Assembly (NCBI GenBank): GCA_017416065.1
Contig: JAFQDM010000024.1
Location: forward strand, 17,849 to 81,848
Direction of reading: 5' to 3'
From: Ruminococcus sp.
GTDB lineage: Bacteria; Bacillota; Clostridia; Oscillospirales; Acutalibacteraceae
Length of the DNA: 64,000 bases
This document shows, piece after piece, positions 37,280 through 48,199 of the stretch (within the stretch, counting starts at the first letter, position 1; each line of letters begins with the position of its first letter). The notes beneath the pieces are model-generated. The model was not told the DNA's origin. It was given only the letters and a program-made list of their open reading frames with translations, and made no database searches. The translations under genes were made by a program, and so were the position numbers.

Positions 37280-38441
37280 TCCTTTGCAACTTATTCAGTA
37301 CGCTTTGATTCTGTTAATGAGTCTGAATTTTGCAAATTTATATTTCTATATTATATTTTTAGCCTTTTTTATTTGCTTGGCTTCCAACATCAGAAGCCTT
37401 AGAGTTGATATTGTATCTCTTCTTATTTTTGCACTTTCCGTTTGCTATATCTTGTTTTACCCTCCTACAAGGGACACAATAACAACTTCCATAAAACAAT
37501 TTGCGTATCCTATGTGTTACATAATAGGTCTGAACCTGGCAAATTCCAACCGTATGATAAATCAGGAGAATAAAGGAACAGATGAACGCATCAGACTTTC
37601 CATAATTCTCGTTTCCTTGGGAACCTTTCTTCATTATCTGTTAAATGCTACCGTAAACATCGGCAGCTTGCTGCGTAATACCAAGGACTTCTGGACAGGT
37701 GAGGTTGCATCGGCAACAGACCAGGCGCTTCTGGCTGTTATGGCTTTGGGCGTTTTCAGTGTGTGGCTGGTTGGAGAGCGTCCCGTGTGGGTGAAGATTT
37801 TATCCTTGGCAGGACTTGTAGTTGTATTTGCATATAACTTTGTTTTGGCAGGACGAACCATCTTGCTTCTGGAGGCAATCACCATAATAGTTGCATTTTT
37901 CTTTATGCAAAGGAATATGTATGCCGAAGGCCGCATTAAAAGCTATTTGTTTTTAGCCCTGATTTTTGTTGGCGTGCTTGTTTTGTTCCTTAACAACGCA
38001 TGGGGACTCAGAGATTGGATCTTGAATTCAAATCTGAGCGCCAGATTCGATACTCAGGAGGCACTTACAGATATTCGCCTTGAAAGAAAGTTTTTATATT
38101 TAGGCCGTTTCTTTGAGTTTCCTTTTGGCGGGGGACATTTAAGAACTGCAGTTGGCGGGCACGCTCACGAGCTGTATCTGGATGCTTTCAGCGATGTGGG
38201 AATTTTGGGATATGTATTGGTAATTGCCATTGTTGTATCAAGTACTGTAAGCGTTTTCAGACTGTTCAGAGATAAATCCTTGAACGTTGAAACCCGTTCT
38301 TTGGTATTGTGTGTGTTCCTTGGAATCAATATTGTGTTCTTTTTGGAGCCTATATTGCAGGGAGAGCCCTGGCTGTTCTGCATTTTTTGCTTTTTGTGCG
38401 GAGTAATGCGCAGTGAAAGGCTGACGTTAAAATACAACTAA
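37251..38441 (+). CDS. wzy: Polysaccharide polymerase (Wzy) / O-antigen ligase-like membrane protein
   Basis: Many TM helices, GRT motif, HAHELYLD loop; position in the locus. Confidence 0.65.
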   Translation: MELTLRKKYDPLQLIQYALILLMSLNFANLYFYIIFLAFFICLASNIRSLRVDIVSLLIFALSVCYILFYPPTRDTITTSIKQFAYPMCYIIGLNLANSNRMINQENKGTDERIRLSIILVSLGTFLHYLLNATVNIGSLLRNTKDFWTGEVASATDQALLAVMALGVFSVWLVGERPVWVKILSLAGLVVVFAYNFVLAGRTILLLEAITIIVAFFFMQRNMYAEGRIKSYLFLALIFVGVLVLFLNNAWGLRDWILNSNLSARFDTQEALTDIRLERKFLYLGRFFEFPFGGGHLRTAVGGHAHELYLDAFSDVGILGYVLVIAIVVSSTVSVFRLFRDKSLNVETRSLVLCVFLGINIVFFLEPILQGEPWLFCIFCFLCGVMRSERLTLKYN

Positions 38442-38486
38442 GATTTTGATTTTTAGAACCGGATGAAAGAATAGGAGAATTATGAC

Positions 38487-39662
38487 ATGATAAAACCTGC
38501 TATTGTTGCTGTTGGCTATAACAGACCGGATGGTATGAAAAGATTGCTAAATAGCCTTGCCAAAGCTAAATACGAGGTGTCTGACATTCCCTTGATAGTG
38601 AGTATTGACGAATCTGATAAAAGTGATGAGGTGGAGCGTGTTGCCAGAGAGTTCAATTGGGAGCACGGTACTCTGGAGGTTCGTCGTTTTCCTGAAAGGC
38701 AGGGTCTGCGCAAGCATATAATTCAGTGCGGTGATTACAGCGAGAAGTATGGCGCAGCAATCATTCTGGAAGATGATCTGGTGGTTTCTGAGGATTTCTA
38801 TTCCTATGTCTCAAAGGCACATCAGGCTTATGCCGAAGATGAGAGGATCTGCGGTGTTTCACTATATTCACACAGGACCAACGAGTTTACCCGCTTTGCT
38901 TTTTGTCCTGCACCCTCTGTGTATGACGTGTATCTGGGAGATATGGTGGTTACATGGGGTCAGAGCTGGACCTGTAAGCAATGGCAGAATTTCAAAAAAT
39001 GGTATTTTGAGCACGAGGACAAGCTGCCTCAGGTGAACCCTAAGCTTCCAAGAGAAATCTCAGAATGGACTCGAAGCTGGGGAAGATATTTTGCCAGTTA
39101 TATTGTAGATAAGGGACTAAGCTACATTTATCCCTATCAATCCAGAACCTCCTGCTTCTCAGACTACGGAGAGCATAATCAAAGTGTAATACCCATCACC
39201 TTTGTGCAGGTTCCCTTAATGCAGGGCTGTCCCTCAGAATACAGATTTGGTGAATACAGTCAGCTGGTACGATACGACAGCTTCTTTGAGCGAGTGCTTG
39301 ACGAACGGCATACAGTCTGCGGAATTTCAGGTAAAGATATCTGTATGGATATAAACAATATGAAGACCTCTGCCGCAGGAAGAAAATATGTGGTCAGCAA
39401 TCAGGAGCTCCCTCACAAAAAAATTGCATCCTTTGCCTTGGTACTTCGTCCCGTATGTATGAATGTTCTGGATGGATACAAGGGAGATCAACTGCATCTG
39501 TATCAGCTTGAGACAGATGAGATCCGCCCCTGGACAGGCAAAAAAATACGCTACTTTGCAGATCGTCGCCGTTTAAGGTATGAATATTTTGACAGACCCT
39601 GGCGTAAGGCGTTTCACTATGCTTTTAAGGAATTCATCGGACGACTCAAAGAGTCGTTGTAA
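38487..39662 (+). CDS. GT-A fold glycosyltransferase
   Basis: AIVAVGYNRP, IVSID, IILEDD, TWGQ. Confidence 0.8.
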   Translation: MIKPAIVAVGYNRPDGMKRLLNSLAKAKYEVSDIPLIVSIDESDKSDEVERVAREFNWEHGTLEVRRFPERQGLRKHIIQCGDYSEKYGAAIILEDDLVVSEDFYSYVSKAHQAYAEDERICGVSLYSHRTNEFTRFAFCPAPSVYDVYLGDMVVTWGQSWTCKQWQNFKKWYFEHEDKLPQVNPKLPREISEWTRSWGRYFASYIVDKGLSYIYPYQSRTSCFSDYGEHNQSVIPITFVQVPLMQGCPSEYRFGEYSQLVRYDSFFERVLDERHTVCGISGKDICMDINNMKTSAAGRKYVVSNQELPHKKIASFALVLRPVCMNVLDGYKGDQLHLYQLETDEIRPWTGKKIRYFADRRRLRYEYFDRPWRKAFHYAFKEFIGRLKESL

Positions 39663-39674
39663 GGTTTATGGTAT

Positions 39675-40985
39675 ATGCTTGGATTTATAAAGAATAAAGA
39701 AATCAAAAATGCAGGATGGATCATTGGTGAAAAGATCGTTCAAATGGTTCTGTCCTTTGTTGTAGGCATTTTGTCCGCCAGGTATCTGGGACCCGGCAAC
39801 TACGGCTCACTTAATTATACTGCTTCATTTGTAACCTTCTTTTCCTCCGTTGCAACCTTGGGAATGGACGGTGTCATCATCAAAAAGATGATAGAACAGC
39901 CGGACAAAGAAGGCTCGTTTTTGGGCGGAAGCATTGTTTTAAGATTTATATCTTCAGTAGTAACCTCTGCACTGGTTGTTGGAGTTGTTGTTTTTCTGAA
40001 TCCGGGAGATACGGAAAAGCTTATTCTGATCTTGCTCCAAACGATCCAATTGCTTTTTCAAACTCTGAATATATTTGATTCCTGGTTTCAGCGCTACCTG
40101 AAATCAAAATACATCTCAATCGCAAAGATTATTGCAAGCATTGTCGTAATGGCATACAAGCTGTGGCTTCTTGCTACGTCAAAAAACGTAACCTGGTTTG
40201 CTTTTTCCAATTCACTGACTGCGATAATTTTTGCAATACTTTTGTTGATCTTCTATAAGAAAAGCAAAGCCCCTGCTTTGAAATGGGACGTCAAGTCCGG
40301 TTTGTTTGTTTTAAAAGACAGCTATCACTACATTTTATCCGGCTTGATGGTTGCCATATACGGACAGATGGACAAAATTATGATCGGAGAAATGCTTTCT
40401 GACAACTCTGTCGGCTTATATACAACAGGTATAGCAATATGCAGTATGTGGGTCTTCGTGCCCATTGCCATCATAGATTCATTTCGTCCCACTATTCTTA
40501 CTCTGCGTCAGTCAGGGCATATGGAACTGTATAATAAAAGGCTAAGACAGCTTTATTCATTTGTCATTTGGCTGTGCATAGGCGTTTCCGTTGTGGTTTG
40601 TCTGCTTGCTCCTTTTATCATTTCCGTGTTGTACGGCAAAGAGTATATGGGATCAGTCAATACACTCAGAATTGCAATCTGGTACGAGACCTTCTCAATG
40701 ATAGGCACCGCACGCGGAATCTGGATACTTGCCGAGGAAAAGAACAAATACGTTAAGTATTATCTTGCAATCGGCTCAGTTGTGAATCTTGCCTTAAATG
40801 CAGTTATGATCCCCGTGTGGGGAATAGAGGGTGCGGCAGTTGCTACGCTGATTACTCAGATCACAACCAGCCTCATAGCTCCGCTGTTTTTCAAGGCTAC
40901 CAGGGAGCATACAAAAATTGTTCTGGAGGCGTTCTGTTTAACCTGGTGGTTTAAGGACAGATCAGCTTCCAAGCTGAAAAAATGA
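39675..40985 (+). CDS. wzx: Oligosaccharide flippase
   Basis: NAGWII..ARYLGP..YG, DKIMIG..VGLY, LNAVMIP.WGIEGAAVAT. Confidence 0.88.
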   Translation: MLGFIKNKEIKNAGWIIGEKIVQMVLSFVVGILSARYLGPGNYGSLNYTASFVTFFSSVATLGMDGVIIKKMIEQPDKEGSFLGGSIVLRFISSVVTSALVVGVVVFLNPGDTEKLILILLQTIQLLFQTLNIFDSWFQRYLKSKYISIAKIIASIVVMAYKLWLLATSKNVTWFAFSNSLTAIIFAILLLIFYKKSKAPALKWDVKSGLFVLKDSYHYILSGLMVAIYGQMDKIMIGEMLSDNSVGLYTTGIAICSMWVFVPIAIIDSFRPTILTLRQSGHMELYNKRLRQLYSFVIWLCIGVSVVVCLLAPFIISVLYGKEYMGSVNTLRIAIWYETFSMIGTARGIWILAEEKNKYVKYYLAIGSVVNLALNAVMIPVWGIEGAAVATLITQITTSLIAPLFFKATREHTKIVLEAFCLTWWFKDRSASKLKK

Positions 40986-41016
40986 TAACGTAATGTATAC
41001 AAAAAGGAGGATGCAT

Positions 41017-41907
41017 ATGAGCGTATCTTTGGCGCGTCGTTTGGTTGGAAATATAAGAAGCTTTGTGTTTAGTGCTTCTACCTGCATTTCTCCTGTTTTG
41101 AATACAAAGCTAAGGTACAGATACCTTTTTAAAAAGAAGCTAAACTTAAAAGATCCGCAAACCTTTAACGAAAAGCTGCTGTGGCTAAAACTTAAAAAGT
41201 ACAGTAAGGATCCTCTGGTTATTAAGTGTGCTGATAAATACCGTGTCAGGGATTACGTGAAAGACTGCGGATATGAGGATATCCTGATAAATATGATCGG
41301 TGCATGGGACCGTGCGCAGGATATTCCCTGGGATGACCTGCCCCGTCAATTTGTGCTTAAATGGAACTTTGGTGCGGGAATGAACATCGTCTGCAAAGAC
41401 AAGTCCTCACTTGAGAGGTCACAGGTTATCAAGCAGATGGACCGATGGCAGAAGAACAAGTATTGGTTAAGCCATTCGGAGATGCACTATAAATACATAC
41501 CAAAGAAAATAGTATGCGAAGAATTCCTTTGGTGTGAGGACACATCGTCCATACCGGATTATAAAATCTATTGTTTCCACGGTAAACCTCAGGCTGTGTT
41601 GGTAATGTACGACCGAGGCAGTAAAAAAATGTCCACGGAGTTTTTTGATACCAATTGGCAGCCTTTGGAAAATTCAAGTAAATACTCATCCACGCTCAAG
41701 GCAACGCAGAAGCCTGCCTGCCTTGAAAAAATGCTGCAGGCAGCAGAAAAGCTTGCTTCGCCGTTTCCTTTTGTCAGGGTGGATTTTTACGTACTTGGAG
41801 ATTCTTTTTATTTTGGTGAACTCACATTTACTCCTGCGGGAGGAATGTACACATCCAAAACAAAGATCAACGGACGGGATATGACGGAGTTTCTAAAGGT
41901 ACCGTAA
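41017..41907 (+). CDS. TupA-like ATP-grasp protein
   Basis: PQTFNEKLLWLK, ADKYRVR, DYKIYCFHG, FVRVDFY, FGELTFTP. Confidence 0.88.
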   Translation: MSVSLARRLVGNIRSFVFSASTCISPVLNTKLRYRYLFKKKLNLKDPQTFNEKLLWLKLKKYSKDPLVIKCADKYRVRDYVKDCGYEDILINMIGAWDRAQDIPWDDLPRQFVLKWNFGAGMNIVCKDKSSLERSQVIKQMDRWQKNKYWLSHSEMHYKYIPKKIVCEEFLWCEDTSSIPDYKIYCFHGKPQAVLVMYDRGSKKMSTEFFDTNWQPLENSSKYSSTLKATQKPACLEKMLQAAEKLASPFPFVRVDFYVLGDSFYFGELTFTPAGGMYTSKTKINGRDMTEFLKVP

Positions 41908-41991
41908 ATTTTACGTGTGCTGAAGCCCTCCTCATTTATTCTGAGGTTTTTAATTTGGATTATATAAATTTTTGAGTTGGAGATTGTAATT

Positions 41992-43038
41992 ATGTCACTT
42001 TTTGCAAATAAAACCCTTATGATCACAGGCGGTACAGGTTCCTTCGGAAATGCGGTCTTAAACCGTTTTCTGCAAACCGATATTGGGGAAATTCGTATTT
42101 TCTCCCGTGATGAAAAAAAGCAGGATGATATGCGCCACGAGTTTCAGGTGAAAATGCCTGAGGTATCAGACAAAATCAAGTTCTACATTGGTGACGTGCG
42201 CGATATCCAGTCTGTTCGCAATGCTATGCACGGGGTGGATTATATATTCCACGCTGCAGCCCTCAAGCAGGTACCCTCCTGTGAGTTCTTTCCCATTGAA
42301 GCAGTAAAGACCAACGTGCTGGGCACAGAGAATATACTCACCGCCGCTATTGATGCAGGCGTGAGCAATATTGTCTGTCTTTCTACAGACAAGGCGGCTT
42401 ATCCCGTAAATGCCATGGGCACCTCAAAGGCTATGATGGAGAAGGTAATTGTAGCCAAATCAAGGACGGTAGACCCTGCCAAAACCAAAATATGCTGTAC
42501 CCGCTACGGCAACGTAATGTGCAGCAGAGGCTCGGTCATCCCTCTTTGGATAGATCAGATAAGAAGTGGCAACCCCATCACTATCACAGACGGAAGTATG
42601 ACCCGCTTTATTATGTCTTTGGACGAAGCGGTGGATCTTGTGCTGTTTGCATTTGAGCACGGTCAGAGTGGAGATATCCTTGTTCAGAAGGCTCCTGCTT
42701 GTACCATCCGTACTCAGGCGGAAGCAGTCTGCGAGCTTTTCGGCGGAGATAAAGACAACATCAAGGTGATAGGAATACGCCACGGCGAGAAGATGTACGA
42801 AACATTGCTTACCAACGAGGAGTGCGCTAATGCCATTGATATGGGAGATTTCTATCGCGTTCCCTGCGATAAACGCGGACTTAACTATGATAAGTACTTT
42901 AACAAGGGTGATGTGGAAAGAAATACCCTTACGGAGTTTAATTCTAACAATACAAAGCTCCTTACTGTGGAGGAAACCAAAGCAAAAATTGCAAGCCTGA
43001 AATATATTCAGGAAGAAATGGCAAAGGACTTAAAGTAA
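41992..43038 (+). CDS. fnlA: UDP-GlcNAc 4,6-dehydratase/5-epimerase (FnlA/WbjB/CapE)
   Basis: ITGGTGSFG, FSRDEKKQDDMR, HAAALKQVPSCEFFP, TRYGNVMCSRGSV. Confidence 0.92.
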   Translation: MSLFANKTLMITGGTGSFGNAVLNRFLQTDIGEIRIFSRDEKKQDDMRHEFQVKMPEVSDKIKFYIGDVRDIQSVRNAMHGVDYIFHAAALKQVPSCEFFPIEAVKTNVLGTENILTAAIDAGVSNIVCLSTDKAAYPVNAMGTSKAMMEKVIVAKSRTVDPAKTKICCTRYGNVMCSRGSVIPLWIDQIRSGNPITITDGSMTRFIMSLDEAVDLVLFAFEHGQSGDILVQKAPACTIRTQAEAVCELFGGDKDNIKVIGIRHGEKMYETLLTNEECANAIDMGDFYRVPCDKRGLNYDKYFNKGDVERNTLTEFNSNNTKLLTVEETKAKIASLKYIQEEMAKDLK

Positions 43039-43039
43039 T

Positions 43040-44236
43040 ATGAAAATTCTTGTAACCGGCGCAAAGGGCTTTGTAGGCAAAAATCTTTGTGCAGCACTTA
43101 AAAATATCCGTGACGGTAAGGACAGGACCCGTCCTGATATTCATATCAGCGAGATCTACGAATACGACGTGGATACTGCTCCTGCCCTTCTTGATAAATA
43201 CTGCCAAAAAGCAGATTTTGTATTCAATCTTGCAGGTGTAAATCGTCCGCAGAAGCCCGAGGAGTTTATGCAGGGGAATTTTGAGTTTTCAAATACTCTG
43301 CTTGATTCTCTGAAGAAATATGCAAACAACTGCCCTGTTATGATATCTTCTTCCATTCAGGCAACCTGCATCGGTCGCTACGACAGCGAGTACGGCAGAA
43401 GCAAAAAAGCAGGCGAGGAGCTGATATTTGCCTACGGAGAGGAAACGGGGGCAAGGGTGCTTGTTTATCGTTTTCCGAATCTTTTCGGAAAATGGTGCAG
43501 GCCGAATTATAACAGTGCGGTTGCCACATTCTGCAACAATATGGCAAATGATCTGCCCATAACCGTAAGTGACCCTGCCGTAGAGCTTGAGCTGCTTTAT
43601 ATTGACGACCTTATAACGGAGATGTTCGATGCCCTTGAGGGCAAAGAGCATCGCTGTGAGTTTGATGGCATCAGCACCGTCTTTTGCGATGAAGGCAGGT
43701 ACTGCGCCGCTACGGTAACTCACAAGGTTACTCTGGGAGAGATCGTTGATCTGCTTCAGAAGTTCAAGGCTCAGCCTTCCACCCTTGTTATGCCCGAGAT
43801 TCCCTTTGGCAGCTTTGCCAAAAAGCTCTACAGCACGTATCTCAGCTATTTTCCCAAGGAGAAGGCTTCCTTCCCCTTGAAGATGAACGTGGATGCCAGA
43901 GGCAGCTTTACAGAGCTGCTCAAAACAAAGAACTGCGGTCAGTTCAGTGTGAACATTTCAAACCCCGGCATCACAAAGGGTCAGCACTGGCATAATACAA
44001 AATGGGAGTTCTTCATTGTAGTTGCAGGACACGGCCTGATTCAGCAGAGAAGGATCGGAAGCGATGAGGTCCTTAATTTTGAGGTTTCGGGAGATAAGAT
44101 CGAGGCAGTTCATATGCTCCCGGGTTATACACACAACATCATAAATCTCAGCGAAACAGAAAACCTGGTAACGGTTATGTGGGCAAACGAGGAGTTTGAT
44201 CCGTCCCATCCCGATACCTTCGGAGAAACCGTGTGA
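43040..44236 (+). CDS. fnlB: UDP-L-FucNAc pathway reductase with C-terminal cupin (FnlB/WbjC/CapF)
   Basis: VTGAKGFVG, GKWCRPNYNS, KGQHWHNTKWE. Confidence 0.9.
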   Translation: MKILVTGAKGFVGKNLCAALKNIRDGKDRTRPDIHISEIYEYDVDTAPALLDKYCQKADFVFNLAGVNRPQKPEEFMQGNFEFSNTLLDSLKKYANNCPVMISSSIQATCIGRYDSEYGRSKKAGEELIFAYGEETGARVLVYRFPNLFGKWCRPNYNSAVATFCNNMANDLPITVSDPAVELELLYIDDLITEMFDALEGKEHRCEFDGISTVFCDEGRYCAATVTHKVTLGEIVDLLQKFKAQPSTLVMPEIPFGSFAKKLYSTYLSYFPKEKASFPLKMNVDARGSFTELLKTKNCGQFSVNISNPGITKGQHWHNTKWEFFIVVAGHGLIQQRRIGSDEVLNFEVSGDKIEAVHMLPGYTHNIINLSETENLVTVMWANEEFDPSHPDTFGETV

Positions 44237-44369
44237 TTTTATATGATTTTACAATAGTATTATATAAACTGCTGTGAATCTGATGTGTGAGGAGATTTGA
44301 GATGCTCTGCCGTGAACAGCTCAGATCAATATCATATCAGATCAAACGTTATATTTTAGGAGATTTAGT

Positions 44370-45548
44370 ATGCAATCTGAAAATAAAAAAGTATCTTTTA
44401 AAGACAACGGAAAATTAAAGCTTCTTATAGTTGTGGGCACCCGTCCGGAGATAATCCGTCTTTCTGCAGTTATTACCAAATGCCGCAAGTATTTTGATAC
44501 AATTCTTGCGCACACAGGTCAGAATTACGATTATAACTTAAACGGTGTGTTTTTTAAGGATCTTAAGCTTGAGGATCCTGAGGTCTACTTAGATGCCGTT
44601 GGCGCGGATCTTGGAGAAACAATGGGCAATATCATTGCTAAATCCTATCAGCTTATGGTTGATATCAAGCCTGATGCAGTGCTTGTCCTGGGTGATACCA
44701 ACTCCTGCCTTTCCGTTATAGGTGCAAAGCGTCTGCATATTCCCATCTTCCATATGGAAGCAGGCAACAGATGCAAGGACGAATGTCTGCCTGAGGAAAC
44801 AAACCGACGTATTGTGGATATAATCTCCGACGTGAACCTGGCATATTCTGAGCACGCCAGACGTTACCTTGCAGATTGCGGACTTCCCAAAGAACGCACA
44901 TACGTGACAGGATCCCCCATGGCGGAGGTGCTTCGCAACAATCTTTCGGAGATAGAAGCCAGCGATATTCACCGTCGCCTGGGACTTGAAAAAGGAAAAT
45001 ACATTCTCCTTTCTGCTCACAGAGAGGAAAATATAGACACAGAGGCAAACTTTGAGAGCCTCTTCTCGGCAATTAATAAAATGGCAGAAAAATACGATAT
45101 GCCAATTCTGTATTCCTGCCATCCCAGAAGCAGAAAGCGCATAGAATCAAGCGGATTTGAGCTGGATAAGCGTGTTGTGCGCCACGAACCCTTGGGCTTC
45201 CACGACTATAATTGTCTGCAGATGAATGCCTTTGCTGTGGTTTCAGACAGCGGCACGCTTCCGGAGGAAAGCAGCTTCTTTACAAGCATCGGAAAGCCCT
45301 TCCCTGCAGTATGTATAAGAACCTCTACAGAGCGTCCCGAGGCTCTGGACAAAGCATGCTTTATCCTTTCGGGAATTGACGAAAAGGGACTTTTGCAGGC
45401 AGTTGATACAGCAGTTACTATGAACGAAACAGGAGATCACGGTATCCCCGTGCCTGATTATATAGAGGAAAACGTTTCAACAAAGGTAGTTAAGATCATT
45501 CAGTCCTACACAGGTGTGGTGGATAAAATGGTCTGGAGAAAATTCTGA
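44370..45548 (+). CDS. fnlC: UDP-hexNAc 2-epimerase (FnlC/WbjD/CapG)
   Basis: [38 protein letters not shown]. Confidence 0.9.
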   Translation: MQSENKKVSFKDNGKLKLLIVVGTRPEIIRLSAVITKCRKYFDTILAHTGQNYDYNLNGVFFKDLKLEDPEVYLDAVGADLGETMGNIIAKSYQLMVDIKPDAVLVLGDTNSCLSVIGAKRLHIPIFHMEAGNRCKDECLPEETNRRIVDIISDVNLAYSEHARRYLADCGLPKERTYVTGSPMAEVLRNNLSEIEASDIHRRLGLEKGKYILLSAHREENIDTEANFESLFSAINKMAEKYDMPILYSCHPRSRKRIESSGFELDKRVVRHEPLGFHDYNCLQMNAFAVVSDSGTLPEESSFFTSIGKPFPAVCIRTSTERPEALDKACFILSGIDEKGLLQAVDTAVTMNETGDHGIPVPDYIEENVSTKVVKIIQSYTGVVDKMVWRKF

Positions 45549-45568
45549 TATCCGTTAGGAGTATATTT

Positions 45569-46807
45569 ATGAAGATCGCAGTTGCAGGTACAGGATACGT
45601 GGGCTTGTCCATATCCGTACTTTTAGCACAACATAATAAAGTCACGGCTGTTGATATTGTGCCTGAAAAGGTAGAGTTGATCAACAATAAAAAATCTCCC
45701 ATTCAGGATGAATACATAGAAAAATATCTTGCAGAAAAGGAACTGGATCTGACAGCTACTCTTGACGCAGACATGGCGTACAGAGATGCAGACTTTGTGG
45801 TGATCGCAACTCCTACAAACTACGACAGCCAGAAGAACTTTTTTGATACCTCTGCTGTTGAACAGGTTATAGGCAGGGTTATCAATTGCAATCCCAATGC
45901 AGTTATGGTGATAAAATCAACCATTCCCGTTGGTTTCACAGAAATGGTCAGAGAAAAATACAAATGCGATAATATTCTCTTCAGTCCGGAATTTCTGCGT
46001 GAGTCAAAGGCTCTTTACGATAACCTTTATCCCAGCAGAATTATTGTGGGAACAGATCTTGAGAATGCAGGGCTTGTTAAAGCGGCAAATGAATTTGCTC
46101 AGCTTTTGCAGGCAGGAGCCATAAAGAAGGACGTTGAGGTGCTCATTATGGGGCACACGGAGGCAGAGGCGGTCAAGCTTTTTGCAAATACATACCTTGC
46201 TCTGCGTGTGTCTTATTTCAATGAGCTTGATACCTATGCAGAAATGAAAGGCCTTGACACAAAGCAGATTATTGACGGTGTATGCCTTGACCCGAGAATA
46301 GGCACCCATTACAACAATCCCTCCTTTGGCTACGGCGGTTATTGCCTGCCTAAGGATACAAAGCAGCTTCTTGCCAACTATGAGGATGTTCCTCAGAATA
46401 TGATGTCTGCAATTGTAGAGTCAAACAGGACCCGCAAGGACTTCATAGCAGACCGTGTGCTTCGTATGGTTGGATATTACGGGTATGAAGAGGATAATAC
46501 CTACAGCAGGGTAAAAGAAGTCCCTCCCGTGATTGGAGTGTATCGCCTTACTATGAAGGCATGCTCTGACAATTTCAGGCAGTCCTCCATTCAGGGAGTT
46601 ATGAAGAGGATCAAAGCCAAAGGTGCAAAGGTGGTCGTTTTTGAGCCTACCCTTAACGACGGAGAGACCTTCTTTGGCAGCGAAATAGTTAACGACCTTG
46701 AAAGATTCAAGAGTATGTGTGATGCAATAATTGCCAACAGATACGATTCCTGTCTTGATGACGTGGCACAAAAGGTTTATACACGCGACGTGTTCAGAAG
46801 AGACTGA
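45569..46807 (+). CDS. ugd: UDP-glucose 6-dehydrogenase
   Basis: [30 protein letters not shown]. Confidence 0.95.
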   Translation: MKIAVAGTGYVGLSISVLLAQHNKVTAVDIVPEKVELINNKKSPIQDEYIEKYLAEKELDLTATLDADMAYRDADFVVIATPTNYDSQKNFFDTSAVEQVIGRVINCNPNAVMVIKSTIPVGFTEMVREKYKCDNILFSPEFLRESKALYDNLYPSRIIVGTDLENAGLVKAANEFAQLLQAGAIKKDVEVLIMGHTEAEAVKLFANTYLALRVSYFNELDTYAEMKGLDTKQIIDGVCLDPRIGTHYNNPSFGYGGYCLPKDTKQLLANYEDVPQNMMSAIVESNRTRKDFIADRVLRMVGYYGYEEDNTYSRVKEVPPVIGVYRLTMKACSDNFRQSSIQGVMKRIKAKGAKVVVFEPTLNDGETFFGSEIVNDLERFKSMCDAIIANRYDSCLDDVAQKVYTRDVFRRD

Positions 46808-46908
46808 GTTGCTTTGTATATAAACCGGGTTTTGATCTGTAGGTCTTTATCATTAAATGTATCGGTATGAATAATTGAGAATAACCATAGGCTATATATG
46901 GTTTTTAG

Positions 46909-47934
46909 GTGGTGAACTATATGTCGATCCTTATAACCGGAGGTGCAGGTTATATCGGAAGCCACACCTGCGTAGAGATGCTCGCTGCAGGGTACGAAGT
47001 TGTGGTAATTGATAACCTTTCAAACGGCAGTAAGCTTGCAATTGAAAGAGTAGAGCAGATAACGGGTAAGTCTGTGAGGTTTTATAACGCAGACGTTCGA
47101 AATAAAGAAGCTCTTTGCAGAATATTTGAAGAAAACAGCATTGACGCTGTGGTCCACTTTGCAGGTTATAAGGCAATAGGGGAGTCTGTCAAGGAACCTC
47201 TGATGTATTATGAGAACAATATCGTCAACACCCTGACCTTGCTTGAGGTTATGAGAGAATTCGGCGTTAAGAAAATGGTGTTTTCATCTTCCGCTTCGGT
47301 TTACGGCAAAAGTGAAGCAATGCCTGTTAGTGAGGATGCACCCCTTTGTGCAATAAGTCCCTACGGCAGAACAAAGCTTTTTATTGAGGAGATGCTCAGA
47401 GATCTGTATGCCTCTGACAACAGCTGGTGTATGGCTTTGCTCAGATATTTTAATCCCGTAGGTGCTCATCAAAGCGGGATGATAGGAGAAGCTCCCAAGG
47501 AAATTCCAAACAATCTGATGCCCTACATATCCCAGGTTGCTGTGGGCAAGCTGGAGCATCTGAATGTTTTCGGCAACGACTACAACACCTCGGACGGTAC
47601 CGGAAGCAGGGACTATATCCATGTTGTAGATCTTGCCAAGGGTCACGTTAAGGCCGTGGAGTGGACAATGTCAGAAAGCGGCTGTGAGGCCTTTAACCTT
47701 GGTACAGGTAAAGGCACAACGGTTATGGAGCTCAGAGATGCTTTTGTGAGGACCAATGGGGTGGATATCCCTTATGTTGTAACTTCAAGGCGTCCCGGTG
47801 ATTGCGACGTTCTTTATGCCTGTGCAGATAAGGCAAGGAGTGAACTTAATTGGCAGGCGCAGCTCAGCATTGAGGATATGTGCCGCGACACCTGGAATTG
47901 GCAGAAAAATAATCCCGACGGATACGAAAAATAA
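46909..47934 (+). CDS. galE: UDP-glucose 4-epimerase
   Basis: GGAGYIGSHT, YGRTK, LRYFNPVGAH, RDYIHVVDLA. Confidence 0.95.
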   Translation: MVNYMSILITGGAGYIGSHTCVEMLAAGYEVVVIDNLSNGSKLAIERVEQITGKSVRFYNADVRNKEALCRIFEENSIDAVVHFAGYKAIGESVKEPLMYYENNIVNTLTLLEVMREFGVKKMVFSSSASVYGKSEAMPVSEDAPLCAISPYGRTKLFIEEMLRDLYASDNSWCMALLRYFNPVGAHQSGMIGEAPKEIPNNLMPYISQVAVGKLEHLNVFGNDYNTSDGTGSRDYIHVVDLAKGHVKAVEWTMSESGCEAFNLGTGKGTTVMELRDAFVRTNGVDIPYVVTSRRPGDCDVLYACADKARSELNWQAQLSIEDMCRDTWNWQKNNPDGYEK

Positions 47935-47943
47935 AATACTTTT

Positions 47944-47986
47944 AAAGCAGATCGAAGGTGCAGTGCTTCGGTCTGCTTTGTGTTTT
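47944..47986 (+). terminator. Intrinsic terminator ending the polysaccharide locus
   Basis: AAAGCAGATCGAAG-N8-CTTCGGTCTGCTTT followed by GTGTTTT. Confidence 0.75.
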
Positions 47987-48101
47987 ACGGGTTATTTTAT
48001 ATGAATTTGCAAGTATAAATCTGTGAGAGAATTATTAGTGGTATTAAATATAATTATTTCGTATTTTGTGTTAAATTATAAGAAAATTACCATTAATTCG
48101 G

Positions 48102-48130
48102 TTGAAATAAAGATGCTTGTATGCTATAAT
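48102..48130 (+). promoter_or_regulatory. Sigma-A promoter with extended -10
   Basis: TTGAAA-17 nt-TATAAT with TG at the extended position, upstream of RBS AGGAGG. Confidence 0.7.
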
Positions 48131-48199
48131 TATTATGAATGAATATATGCTTTTGTATGGTATGCAGAAGCTTAAAAATAGCCTTGTAGGAGGTCTATT

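Noticed and set aside
11310-47934. Bacillus-like biofilm regulon pairing a sipW fibre operon with an eps locus
   Set aside because: The two loci are separated by housekeeping genes (mreB-like, comF, recD2) and no shared operator was found; proximity alone is not evidence.
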